DNA from: an uncultured virus (IMG/VR IMGVR_UViG_3300046727_000499)
Lineage: Duplodnaviria; Heunggongvirae; Uroviricota; Caudoviricetes
Strand: one strand, 5' to 3'
DNA: 64,000 bases
IMG/VR virus record: IMGVR_UViG_3300046727_000499
The notes beneath the pieces were generated by a model. That model saw nothing but the letters and a program-made list of their open reading frames with translations. It ran no database searches and had not been told where the DNA came from. Shown piece by piece: positions 8,356-17,105 of the stretch. How positions within the stretch are numbered: the stretch's first letter is position 1; every line of letters starts with the position of its first letter. Position numbers and translations under genes: made by a program.

Positions 8356-8841
8356 ATGGACACGCGAGCGTACGGCACGATCCCGAGTGAAGAGTACTTC
8401 GAGGATGGCGACTGGCTGCCCGCGGCGGACCTCGAAAAGATCGCGGATCGCCTGATCGAGACGAAGCCTGATCTTGTGCACCTGTACCAGTTCAAGACGA
8501 TGTATTTCTGGAAGCGGACGGGTGGCGTGACGGGCGGGCAACCGACGATGGGCAAATGTCGCCGTGTCTCGGGCGATCTCAAAGCACTGGCGCCAGGCGC
8601 GGACTTCATGGTCTGGCTCGCGGCCGATCATGCTCGGGAACAGGAAATCACCGTCTATCAGGCAGAAGCCTTCCTCTTCCACGAACTGATGCACACCGCA
8701 CAGGACGACAAGGGCAGTCCGCGCATCCGGCCGCATGACTTCGTGGGCTTCACCGCGGAGGTCCGGGAATACGGGCTGTACGACCAGATGCTCCAGGAGG
8801 CGGGAACGGCCTTCCAGCAGTTGGCTTTGGTTCCTGCGTAG
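8356..8841 (+). CDS. Putative phage metallopeptidase
   Basis: HELMH zincin motif plus HDF..F..EV..YG. Confidence 0.8.
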   Translation: MDTRAYGTIPSEEYFEDGDWLPAADLEKIADRLIETKPDLVHLYQFKTMYFWKRTGGVTGGQPTMGKCRRVSGDLKALAPGADFMVWLAADHAREQEITVYQAEAFLFHELMHTAQDDKGSPRIRPHDFVGFTAEVREYGLYDQMLQEAGTAFQQLALVPA

Positions 8842-8900
8842 ACGACGTCATGGGGGCGGGCGCGGCGACGTGCCCGCTTTTGTATCACCTTGGGGGCGGG

Positions 8901-9881
8901 ATGAGTGTTTGGGCGCAGGCATGGGCATACGAGCAGCGCGCGGGCTCCGCAGGCGCGAAGGCTGTCCTTGTCGCGCTCGCGGTCTTCGCGGACGAAGAAG
9001 GGTTGTGTTACCCGTCGCAAGAGCGGATCGCGGGCATGACGGAGCAAGGGGTCCGCACGGTCCGGTTGCATCTCGCCTCGCTTGAAGAGACGCGGTTGAT
9101 TGAGCGGCGGCGGAGACGACGACCAGACGGCAAATTCCTGAGTGATGGATTCGTCTTGCTCGCACCCGCAAAGCGCCTGAAGCCGCACATTCCTTCCCCC
9201 GACGAAACCCTGCGGCAGATTCTGCCAACGGCAGATATTGCCGCTGGTTATCCAGTGGCAGAATCTGCCGCAGGTGAAAAGCCGGATTCCCTTACAGGGC
9301 AAGGAAACAGTCCAGTGGCAGATTCTGCCGTCGGCAGATCCTGCCAACGGCAGAAAACTGCAGAACCAGCGGCAGATTCTGCCAAACCCCCCAGACCCCC
9401 CTATAAGGAAGAAGTTAATTTAACTGAACCGTCAAAGGGAGCTCGCTTCGCTCGCCGCGCACGCGCGCGCGAGGCCGAGCACAAAATGTCTCTCGAAGAT
9501 TTTCATCCAAACGAGAAACAGATTGACCAGGCCATCGGCTACGGCGTGCCCGCAGAGCAGGTGGCCTTCGAGACGGAGCAGTGGCGCGACCACCACACGG
9601 CGAAGGGCGACGTGGTGAAAGACGCCGCGGCCTCGTGGCGAACGTGGATGCGGAACGTGCCGAAGTTCAGTCGGGGCAGCCCCACTGGTCAGTACAAGAA
9701 CTCACAGGAAAAGACGCAGGACGCAATCACACGATACGCCGAAAGGATCAAGCAGAGTGGAACGACTGAAGACCATGAACCCGTCGCAGTTGAGCGCGCT
9801 CGCATTGCTGATCGGAGCGTTCCGCTGGACGATGGACGACCTCGCGATGGCGTCATGGGGCCACTACCTCGCAGGGATTGA
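8901..9881 (+). CDS. Replication initiator (N-terminal HTH)
   Basis: AK.VLVALA.FAD..G.CYPSQERIA.M; internal iterons. Confidence 0.85.
   Translation: MSVWAQAWAYEQRAGSAGAKAVLVALAVFADEEGLCYPSQERIAGMTEQGVRTVRLHLASLEETRLIERRRRRRPDGKFLSDGFVLLAPAKRLKPHIPSPDETLRQILPTADIAAGYPVAESAAGEKPDSLTGQGNSPVADSAVGRSCQRQKTAEPAADSAKPPRPPYKEEVNLTEPSKGARFARRARAREAEHKMSLEDFHPNEKQIDQAIGYGVPAEQVAFETEQWRDHHTAKGDVVKDAAASWRTWMRNVPKFSRGSPTGQYKNSQEKTQDAITRYAERIKQSGTTEDHEPVAVERARIADRSVPLDDGRPRDGVMGPLPRRD
9214..9383. repeat. Iteron array / likely lytic origin of unit B
   Basis: About 7 copies of quasi-palindromic GGCAGATTCTGCC followed by an AT-rich tract near 9402-9428. Confidence 0.75.
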
Positions 9882-10269
9882 CGCCGACACGCTCCGCGAT
9901 GTGATCGACCATTGGGTGCTGCATGAATCGCGGCCGCCGTCGATTGCGGATCTCGTTGACCGTCTCGCGGCGCGGCGCGGCGCGGACGCAGAGAGCGCAT
10001 GGAAGCACGTCCGGTCCATCCTCATGAGCGGCGGCTTTCGCGATCGCGTCCACGGTGGCTTTCAGCCACGGTGCTTCACGGGTGATCTTGCGCTGGAGGA
10101 TGCCGTCGCGTCTGCCGGTGGCTGGGCTGACCTCGCAAAATCAGACGAGAAGGATCTGGTCTGGAGAAAGATGGATTTCGTCGCTGCCTATGCAAAGCAA
10201 TCGGGCATCCATCAGTCGCTTGTGGCACTCACCGCTGGGGCGAAGGAACTGACCGATGGCCGGAGCTAG
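9775..10269 (+). CDS. Replication-associated protein (helicase loader/inhibitor-like)
   Basis: Position after initiator; W...L....D.L...I..W......PPSIADL and GGW.DL patterns. Confidence 0.6.
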   Translation: MNPSQLSALALLIGAFRWTMDDLAMASWGHYLAGIDADTLRDVIDHWVLHESRPPSIADLVDRLAARRGADAESAWKHVRSILMSGGFRDRVHGGFQPRCFTGDLALEDAVASAGGWADLAKSDEKDLVWRKMDFVAAYAKQSGIHQSLVALTAGAKELTDGRS

Positions 10270-10780
10270 CGCCACGCCAGTCGGAAGCCGCCTGTGGGAA
10301 TCCTGGCTGAAGGGGTTCAAAGCCTTCGTTGCCCTCACGGAAACCCGGTACGTGAAGCGCGTTGAGGAGAGCCAGGAGCGCCCAGAAGACACCGGTCTCG
10401 CACGCCGCGCCGATCTATTGGGCCGCGAACTCGTCTTCTCGATGGCGCGGACGGATCACTTCGAGAAGACGGGCGAAGTCCTGCCGCATCCGAGCGAGGC
10501 GAAGCGTGATGAAGGGTCTGCATGTGACCGTGCAGTGCGGTACACGGCAAACCCTTCATCATCTGATGAACGACGGTTCGCGGCCATCTATCTCTGCCCC
10601 GTCTGTAAAGCGACCGAGGCGTCGGCGGGGCGGTTCGCGCGGGCGGACGTGATGCCGGGGAGCAAGCACTTTGGCGTGCGGATTCCCTGTCCGAAGTGCT
10701 GCCCGCAGGAGCACGGCGCATACGTCATGGCACATGGGGCAGCGCCGAACATGACGCCGGAACTGGCAGGTATCCGATGA
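10256..10780 (+). CDS. Hypothetical Zn-finger protein
   Basis: CPVC and CPKC; reads through hairpin element copy 2. Confidence 0.6.
   Translation: MAGASATPVGSRLWESWLKGFKAFVALTETRYVKRVEESQERPEDTGLARRADLLGRELVFSMARTDHFEKTGEVLPHPSEAKRDEGSACDRAVRYTANPSSSDERRFAAIYLCPVCKATEASAGRFARADVMPGSKHFGVRIPCPKCCPQEHGAYVMAHGAAPNMTPELAGIR
10507..10561 (+). mobile_element. Hairpin element copy 2
   Basis: TGATGAAGGGTC-TGCATGTGACCG-tgcagtg-CGGTACACGGCA-AACCCTTCATCA. Confidence 0.85.
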
Positions 10781-11073
10781 CCGCGCTTCCCGATGGCTGG
10801 GAAATCCCGCGCTGGAATGCCCCTGCCCCCGTGCCGCTCACGAAGGCCATGCTCATCGCCTGGATGAATCGGCATCACGGCTACCACGTCGCGGATGACA
10901 TCAGAATGGGCGAGCTCTCGGAGATGATCGAAAACAGCTATGGCGAGCGCGTACCGAATACGGGCGGCGGTGCATGGCCCGCGACATGGGATTGCTGGGC
11001 GGCAGTGGTGAAGCACGAGCGGGAAATCCGCGGTGGGCAGTTACGCCTGATTCCGAAGGATGGTGCCGCATGA
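10777..11073 (+). CDS. Hypothetical protein
   Basis: ATGA-coupled in the early operon. Confidence 0.5.
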   Translation: MTALPDGWEIPRWNAPAPVPLTKAMLIAWMNRHHGYHVADDIRMGELSEMIENSYGERVPNTGGGAWPATWDCWAAVVKHEREIRGGQLRLIPKDGAA

Positions 11074-11615
11074 AACCGCTCACGGCATCACCTTCTCGCC
11101 AGCCCGGACGCGTGACGATGACGAAGCAGCACGCCCTGACGCTGCGCGGCGTGCTCCTCTGGCTGGAACAGCAGCCCACGCCCGACCCACTCGAACTGGA
11201 CGTGCTCACCGCGATCGTCGAACGGGTGGAGCGGTTCGCCCACGTCGGCGCTTTGGTCAGAATCCGCGCCAAGAACCTGGGGACGCCACCGAGCGAGAAG
11301 AAGCGGCAGGCGGCACGGGCCGCGCTCGTCAGGGCGCGGGCCAAGAAGTTCGGCTACGCGGCGCCGGAGTGGACGCCGGAGGAGAACGGACTCTTCCGCC
11401 ACCTGTGGGCGGAGACGGACACCCCGGCGGAGGAGATCGCGGAGCGCTTCGGGCGCACGCTGACCGCCGCGCGGACACATGCGATGGAGCTGGGCGTGCG
11501 GCGCTGTCCGGGCTTTGCGGCCCGCACCACGACGCTCGGTCGGGCGCGGGCGGTCATTGCGAAGCGGCGGGCGGCCGAGGCGCGAGCGCGACGGGAGGTG
11601 GAGTTTGGCGACTGA
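11070..11615 (+). CDS. DNA-binding protein (Myb/HTH-like C-terminus)
   Basis: WT.EEN..FR.LW......EEIAERFGRT..A; homolog at 42747-43388. Confidence 0.65.
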   Translation: MKPLTASPSRQPGRVTMTKQHALTLRGVLLWLEQQPTPDPLELDVLTAIVERVERFAHVGALVRIRAKNLGTPPSEKKRQAARAALVRARAKKFGYAAPEWTPEENGLFRHLWAETDTPAEEIAERFGRTLTAARTHAMELGVRRCPGFAARTTTLGRARAVIAKRRAAEARARREVEFGD

Positions 11616-11943
11616 AGCGCGGGCCGTGCTGGATCTGGCGATCAGTGAAGAGGAGTTCATGCAGCAGGTGCTCGACTGCGCCCGTCTCTGCGGTTTCCTG
11701 TGCTATCACACCCGGGATTCGCGGCGTTCCGTTCCCGGCTTTCCTGACACCGTGCTCGTGCATCCGGGGCGGCCGGGCCGACCGGGTACGGTGCTGTTCG
11801 TCGAACTGAAGCGTCAGGGAGGCCGGCTGACGGTCGATCAGAAGCAGTGGCGCGATGTGCTGCTCGCCGCCGGCGCACGCTGGTTTTGCTGGCGTCCGGA
11901 CCAATGGGATGAGATCGAGGTAACGCTGAAAGGGGCGGCATGA
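11605..11943 (+). CDS. VRR-NUC domain nuclease
   Basis: SEEEF...GFPD.VL...FVELK...GRLT.DQ..W. Confidence 0.85.
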   Translation: MATEARAVLDLAISEEEFMQQVLDCARLCGFLCYHTRDSRRSVPGFPDTVLVHPGRPGRPGTVLFVELKRQGGRLTVDQKQWRDVLLAAGARWFCWRPDQWDEIEVTLKGAA

Positions 11944-12167
11944 TGCAGGAACCCCTGATTGTCACATCGACGGCTTTTCAACGTGGCATCGGCGATATCT
12001 TCTGGCGCGACGTCTTCATCGATCAGCGCACGGTCGTCGTCACCCGCCACGGCCGGACGGTGGGGGCACTGCTTCCCCCCCAGGCGTACGAGCGGTATCG
12101 CCGCTGGCGTCAGGAGCACGATGCGGTCGATCTGGCGGCCGCGCGGCTCTGGGAGGTGACCCTGTGA
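11940..12167 (+). CDS. Phd/YefM-like antitoxin, orphan
   Basis: VVVTRHGRTVGALLP...YE motif. Confidence 0.65.
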   Translation: MMQEPLIVTSTAFQRGIGDIFWRDVFIDQRTVVVTRHGRTVGALLPPQAYERYRRWRQEHDAVDLAAARLWEVTL

Positions 12168-12832
12168 AATCCACGATGGGGTCAGTTGGAAAGGGTTTGC
12201 ATGAGGACCGTTCTGGCGGTTCATCGCAAACCCTTTCCAAACGCGTTGTACGCCTCGCTGACGTGCGTTTGGCGCGAAAAGGCAATCCACACCGTTCTGC
12301 CCGATTGCGCGTCGTGTGGGGCATCTCAGCCGCTTTGCTGTATCTGCTGTGCATCATCGGCGCCAACTGGCTGCTCGCCACGTTCGGCGTCGTCACCATT
12401 CTCGGTCTTGCCATGCCCGCGGGCGTCTTTGCCGCGGGCGTCAGTTTTGGCGCGCGTGATTGGCTTCAGGAAACGGCGGGGCGGCCGGCGGTGATCCTCG
12501 GTATCGCCGTCGGGGCGATCCTCTCAACCGTGGTCTCACCCCTCCGGTACGCGCTCGCCAGCGGACTGGCGTTCCTGTTCAGTGAGACGTGCGACATGCT
12601 GGTCTACAGCCCACTGCGCACGAACCATCGTGCCTGGGCCGTGACCGCGTCGAATACGGTGGGCGCCGTCGTCGACAGTGCCGTGTTTCTCCTGATCGCT
12701 TTTGGCACGCTCACGTTCTTCTGGGGGCAGGTGCTTGGCAAGGAACTCATGATCGCGCCGGCGCTGGTGGTGCTGTGGCTGGTGCGCGGCCGTCGCGGTG
12801 GTGCGCCTGCTGCCGTGGCGGTGGCCTCATGA
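12164..12832 (+). CDS. VUT/YhhQ-family transporter (putative queuosine-precursor transporter)
   Basis: Multi-TM; ANW, PAGV..AG..F..RD.LQE..G, AS.LAF..SE..D..VY..LR, SN.VG.VVDS..F..IAF; start uncertain. Confidence 0.85.
   Translation: MKSTMGSVGKGLHEDRSGGSSQTLSKRVVRLADVRLARKGNPHRSARLRVVWGISAALLYLLCIIGANWLLATFGVVTILGLAMPAGVFAAGVSFGARDWLQETAGRPAVILGIAVGAILSTVVSPLRYALASGLAFLFSETCDMLVYSPLRTNHRAWAVTASNTVGAVVDSAVFLLIAFGTLTFFWGQVLGKELMIAPALVVLWLVRGRRGGAPAAVAVAS
12186..12240 (+). mobile_element. Hairpin element copy 3 (variant core)
   Basis: TTGGAAAGGGTT-TGCATGAGGACCG-ttctgg-CGGTTCATCGCA-AACCCTTTCCAA. Confidence 0.75.
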
Positions 12833-13152
12833 CTCGCGGTACGGCCTCTCCCTACCCGGTGTACGTGGACACCACGACCGGCGCCCGCATGAAGCACTGC
12901 CCAGGATGCGGCCAGGAGCGCAGCGTCGACGCGGGTGAGTTCGCCACCCGGTACAACCCGCATGGAACCGGCGTGCAGTACCGCCACCAGTGCCGCGCAT
13001 GCGAGGCGGCGCGGGGCAGGGAGTATCGGGCGCGGCTGGGCGAGGAGTATCGGGAGCGCGAGGCGATCCGCAATCGCGAGCGGTGGGCGGCGGTGTGTCG
13101 CCGCAGGAGGGCAGAACGATGGCGAAGATCCTCGTCGGACGTTCGGACGTGA
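12829..13152 (+). CDS. Zn-finger hypothetical protein
   Basis: CPGC...CRAC; homolog at 48816-49139. Confidence 0.65.
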   Translation: MTRGTASPYPVYVDTTTGARMKHCPGCGQERSVDAGEFATRYNPHGTGVQYRHQCRACEAARGREYRARLGEEYREREAIRNRERWAAVCRRRRAERWRRSSSDVRT

Positions 13153-13637
13153 CGGAGATGCTGGCGATGACTGATCCGACCCATCGGCAGACGCCGCCCT
13201 TCCCGTGGGGGGCGCTCCGGTTCATCTTCACCTCCGGGGGCGACTATTCAGCCGATCGAACGCTGATGCCTGTCACGATGACCGCGCACCGGAGCAGCGA
13301 TGGCATCCGCGGCGCGGCGCTCGCACGTGCGGACTGGGGGCCCGTCACGACCGCGATTCAGCGCGCCTTCCACGAGTCACGGGAGCGTCACCGTCTCCAT
13401 CAGACGCATTGGCAGGTGCTGATCGCGTGCGAGGTCGGCATGGTCCAGCGTCCGGATGCGCGCGGCCACCTCCAGTGGTGCGTCTATTCCTCTGCGCATC
13501 CGAACTCCGTCGTGCCCGATGACGAGGCCGCACGCATGTTCGGCATCGCGGTGACGTCGGTGCGCACCTACCACAGCGACGTGCGCCGCGCCATCGAAGA
13601 CGAGTGGGATTCCATCCACGCGGGATACGAGGGTTGA
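13119..13637 (+). CDS. Putative late-transcription regulator (C-terminal HTH)
   Basis: Last early gene before the late promoter; EAARMFGIAVTSVR HTH; homolog at 49106-49633. Confidence 0.6.
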   Translation: MAKILVGRSDVTEMLAMTDPTHRQTPPFPWGALRFIFTSGGDYSADRTLMPVTMTAHRSSDGIRGAALARADWGPVTTAIQRAFHESRERHRLHQTHWQVLIACEVGMVQRPDARGHLQWCVYSSAHPNSVVPDDEAARMFGIAVTSVRTYHSDVRRAIEDEWDSIHAGYEG

Positions 13638-13710
13638 CAATGGCCCACGCGCTCAATATGATTTGACTGAACACTCGTACTGTCCCCGGCAGACGGCCGG
13701 GTTTTCTTTT
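13634..13710 (+). promoter_or_regulatory. Late promoter followed by a terminator hairpin, unit B
   Basis: TTGACA-N17-TATGAT, then CCCGGC-agacg-GCCGGG-TTTTCTTTT; similar arrangement at 49620-49696. Confidence 0.65.
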
Positions 13711-13743
13711 GCCCGCATTTGCCTGCATATGCCGGGAGCAGTG

Positions 13744-14214
13744 ATGCCACGTCGTGTCCTTTCCGCGGACGAGATCGAGATCCTCAAGAACGCCTTCGCC
13801 AATGGTGCGACCATTGACGGGGCGGCGAAAGCGGCGGGCGTCTCGTGGCATACCGCCGAGAAATACGCGGCATTCCGCGATGAATATGCAGCCTTACGCG
13901 ACGAAAAACGACAGGAACTGATCGCCCAAACGGCCGCGGACTATGTGCCGCAACTGCTCGCAGGGATCGGCGAATACCTCGCGCATATCCGCCAGCCTGC
14001 GGTGATCGCTGAGACCGACGCCCGTGCGGCGATCATCGTCATCGCCACGGCGATCGATAAGGTCCTCCTGTTGACCGGTCAAGCGACGGAGCGTAGCGAG
14101 CATGTCCACAGTGATGACGCCCGGACGCGACTGGCTGCGCGCATTGACGAGATTGCCGCCCGACGCCAGGCGCGAGGCGATGATCGCGACCGCGCTGACG
14201 GAAGCGGAGGCTGA
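13744..14214 (+). CDS. Terminase small subunit (HTH)
   Basis: N-terminal HTH; overlaps large subunit. Confidence 0.7.
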   Translation: MPRRVLSADEIEILKNAFANGATIDGAAKAAGVSWHTAEKYAAFRDEYAALRDEKRQELIAQTAADYVPQLLAGIGEYLAHIRQPAVIAETDARAAIIVIATAIDKVLLLTGQATERSEHVHSDDARTRLAARIDEIAARRQARGDDRDRADGSGG

Positions 14215-15430
14215 AGACCTCCTGTACGACTGGGCCGCCTACGCCCGTACCGAACAACTGGCGCCGCCCGGCGACTGGCAGGGCTGGCTGATCATGGCGG
14301 GCCGGGGTTTCGGGAAGACCCGCGCCGGCGCGGAGTGGACACGGCAGAGCGCACAGCACTTCCGGCTCGTCAACATCATCGGCGCCACCGCCGACGACGC
14401 GCGGGACATCATGATCGAGGGCGAGAGTGGCATTCTGGCGATCTGCCCGTCCAGCGAGCGCCCGCTCTACCGGAAATCGGCCCGGTCACTGGAATGGCCC
14501 AATGGGGCCAGAACGCTCATCTTTACCGCCGACGAACCCGACCGGCTCCGCGGGAAGCAGCACGAACGACTCTGGGGCGATGAACTCGGCGCCTGGCGGT
14601 ATCCGGAAGCGTGGACGCAGGCGATGCTCGGCCTCCGTCTCGGTCCTGACCCGCGCTGGTGCGGCACGACAACGCCGAAGCCCACCGCGCTCATTCGCGC
14701 ACTGGTGGCCGATCCGACCGTCCGGGTCACCCACGGCACGAGTTATGACAACCGCGACAACCTCGCGGCCGCCTTCTTCGCCACGATCATTCGCCGCTAT
14801 GAGGGCACGCGCCTCGGCGAACAGGAGCTGGCCGGGCGCTTGTTGACGGACGTCGTTGGCGCTCTTTGGACGTATGACTCGTTCCAGCGCCGGCGCAGAA
14901 GTGACGACTACACCCGCGTCGTCGTCGCCATCGACCCCGCCACGAGCGCGAATGAGGGTTCGGCCGAGACGGGCATCATCGTGGCGGGGAAGCGGCCCGA
15001 TGGCACGTATGACGTGATCGCGGACCGGTCGTGCAAGGCGTCTCCGGATGGCTGGGCACGACGGGCGATCGCTGCATTCGATGAGTTTGCGGCCGACCGG
15101 ATCGTTGCCGAGGTCAACAACGGCGGTGACATGGTCGAGGACACGCTGCGGACACGCCGGCGTGACATCGCCTATACGAAGGTCCACGCCTCGCGCGGGA
15201 AGGCGATCCGTGCCGCCCCGATCGCGGCACTCTATGAGCAACGGCGCGTCTGGCACATCGATACCCGCGATGATTTGCGTGCGAACGTCTTCGCGGCACT
15301 CGAGGACCAGCTTGTGACCTGGACCCCGGAGAGCGGCACGAGCCCCGACCGCCTGGACGCGGCGGTGTGGGCGCTGACGGAACTCAGTGGCAGCGACATG
15401 CATGAGATTACCTTCGCCCTCCCGCCGTAA
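14102..15430 (+). CDS. terL: Terminase large subunit
   Basis: AGRGFGKT Walker A, WGDE Walker B, VAIDPA, SPDRLDA. Confidence 0.95.
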   Translation: MSTVMTPGRDWLRALTRLPPDARREAMIATALTEAEAEDLLYDWAAYARTEQLAPPGDWQGWLIMAGRGFGKTRAGAEWTRQSAQHFRLVNIIGATADDARDIMIEGESGILAICPSSERPLYRKSARSLEWPNGARTLIFTADEPDRLRGKQHERLWGDELGAWRYPEAWTQAMLGLRLGPDPRWCGTTTPKPTALIRALVADPTVRVTHGTSYDNRDNLAAAFFATIIRRYEGTRLGEQELAGRLLTDVVGALWTYDSFQRRRRSDDYTRVVVAIDPATSANEGSAETGIIVAGKRPDGTYDVIADRSCKASPDGWARRAIAAFDEFAADRIVAEVNNGGDMVEDTLRTRRRDIAYTKVHASRGKAIRAAPIAALYEQRRVWHIDTRDDLRANVFAALEDQLVTWTPESGTSPDRLDAAVWALTELSGSDMHEITFALPP

Positions 15431-15433
15431 AGG

Positions 15434-16888
15434 ATGCTGAGGATGCCAGAAAAGCGTAAGGGCATTCTCCAGCGCTTCCTTTTCGGCGACTTTCCGGAGC
15501 CGGAAGCAAAGGCTGCGCCTCTTGCGCCGGCGGTGCCCTTCGCGAACACGGGATGGTACGGGTCGTTCACCACCGGCGGGCAGATGACGGGCGGTTCGCT
15601 GCCTGTCACGTTCCCCGGTTCACGGGTCAACTATCAGCAGTCCGTCGGCGACCTGGAGATGTCGTCGGCAATCATGGCCTGCGTCCAGTACGTCCAGCGC
15701 GTGTTCCCCGAAGCGCCGCCGCGGGTGATCGTGCGCACCGATGCTGGCGATGAGGTGCTCGATGACCACCCGGTGACGGCACTGATCGACGAGCCGAACC
15801 CGTACATGTCGTGGGAGACGGTCTCGCAGGCGCTGCTCGCGGACTACAACGTCCACGGGAACGCCTACCTGCTGAAGTTCCGCAACGGCGCCGGCATCCC
15901 GGCGGAACTGTGGTGGGAACCACAGCTCTCGATCCGCCCGACGTGGGACAGCGCCGGCCAGGACTTCCTCACCGGCTATCAACTCTGGCGCACGGGCAAA
16001 TGGTATCCGCTGCCAACCGCCGACGTCATCCACTTTCGCTGGTCACAAGACCCACGCAATCCCCGGATGGGTCTGTCGCCACTGCGCTCCGCGCTCCGAC
16101 TCATCTTCAACGATCAGGAGGCGGAAGCCTACTGCGCGGCCTTGCTGCACAACATGGGATCACCCGGCGCGATCATCTCGCCGTCGGGCGACAAGGTGAT
16201 CAGCAACGACGAAGCCCAGGCGCTCATGACCTACTTCAACTCGCGCTTCACGGGTGATGGCCGGGGCTCGACGATGGTAGCGACGGGCGGCCTGCAGGTG
16301 GCGATGCCGTCGTGGAACCCGAAGGACCTCGATCTGACGAACATCCACCACTTCAGTGAGGCGCGGATCTCCGGGCTGATGGGCGTCGCGGCGATCGTCG
16401 CCGGGCTGTCCGTGGGACTCGAGCACGCAACGTACGCGAACTACCAGGCCGCCCGCGAAGCAACCTACGACGGAAACATTATGCCGACGTATGCATCGTT
16501 CGCGGACACCTTGACCCGTGCGTTGCTCCGTGATGACTTCAACGGTCCGCAGGATCAGTACGTTGCGTTCGACACCAGCAATGTGCGAGCCCTCCAGGAG
16601 GATGCCACGGCCGTCGCCGACCGGGCGACCAAGCTCTTCTTCGGCGGCATCATCGACCGTGCAGCGGCGCTCCGGATGGTTGACCTGGAATCGCGTCCCG
16701 AAGATGAGGGCATCTATCTGCTGGCGCGGGGAGCGAGCTTCAGTGACGGCTCGATTGCCCAGCCGGTGCGGGCAAGCACGGTGCCAGTGAACACGGAACC
16801 AGGTGCGCCTGCGGCGCCACCGGCGCCCACGACGAATGGGTCCAGTACGACGCCCGTACCGGCGCTTGGAAAGGGGTTTGCCGAGTAA
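15434..16888 (+). CDS. Portal protein (HK97-like)
   Basis: HP...L...PNPYM, GNAY, VIHFR, GLSPL; stop codon lies inside hairpin element copy 4. Confidence 0.95.
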   Translation: MLRMPEKRKGILQRFLFGDFPEPEAKAAPLAPAVPFANTGWYGSFTTGGQMTGGSLPVTFPGSRVNYQQSVGDLEMSSAIMACVQYVQRVFPEAPPRVIVRTDAGDEVLDDHPVTALIDEPNPYMSWETVSQALLADYNVHGNAYLLKFRNGAGIPAELWWEPQLSIRPTWDSAGQDFLTGYQLWRTGKWYPLPTADVIHFRWSQDPRNPRMGLSPLRSALRLIFNDQEAEAYCAALLHNMGSPGAIISPSGDKVISNDEAQALMTYFNSRFTGDGRGSTMVATGGLQVAMPSWNPKDLDLTNIHHFSEARISGLMGVAAIVAGLSVGLEHATYANYQAAREATYDGNIMPTYASFADTLTRALLRDDFNGPQDQYVAFDTSNVRALQEDATAVADRATKLFFGGIIDRAAALRMVDLESRPEDEGIYLLARGASFSDGSIAQPVRASTVPVNTEPGAPAAPPAPTTNGSSTTPVPALGKGFAE

Positions 16889-16923
16889 CGTGTAGTGCGT
16901 TCACATGCAAACCCCTTTCCAAG
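16865..16923 (-). mobile_element. Hairpin element copy 4
   Basis: Minus strand CTTGGAAAGGGGTT-TGCATGTGAACG-cactaca-CGTTACTCGGCA-AACCCCTTTCCAAG; absent from the unit C portal end. Confidence 0.85.
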
Positions 16924-16940
16924 GCGTCAAGGAGTCAGCC

Positions 16941-17105
16941 ATGACACTCACCGTCGTACTGGTCCTCCTGCTGATCGCCGCCATCATCTTCGGCTTGGAT
17001 TTCCTCCTCGGCTTCACGGGCGTTGAGTACGGGCGTTGGCGCGTGCAATCGCTGGCCTGGTTCCTCGTGGTGCTCGCGCTCCTTCTCTGGCACGGAGGCA
17101 AATGA
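16941..17105 (+). CDS. Small two-TM membrane protein
   Basis: Two hydrophobic segments; homolog at 55371-55535; GGAG SD. Confidence 0.7.
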   Translation: MTLTVVLVLLLIAAIIFGLDFLLGFTGVEYGRWRVQSLAWFLVVLALLLWHGGK

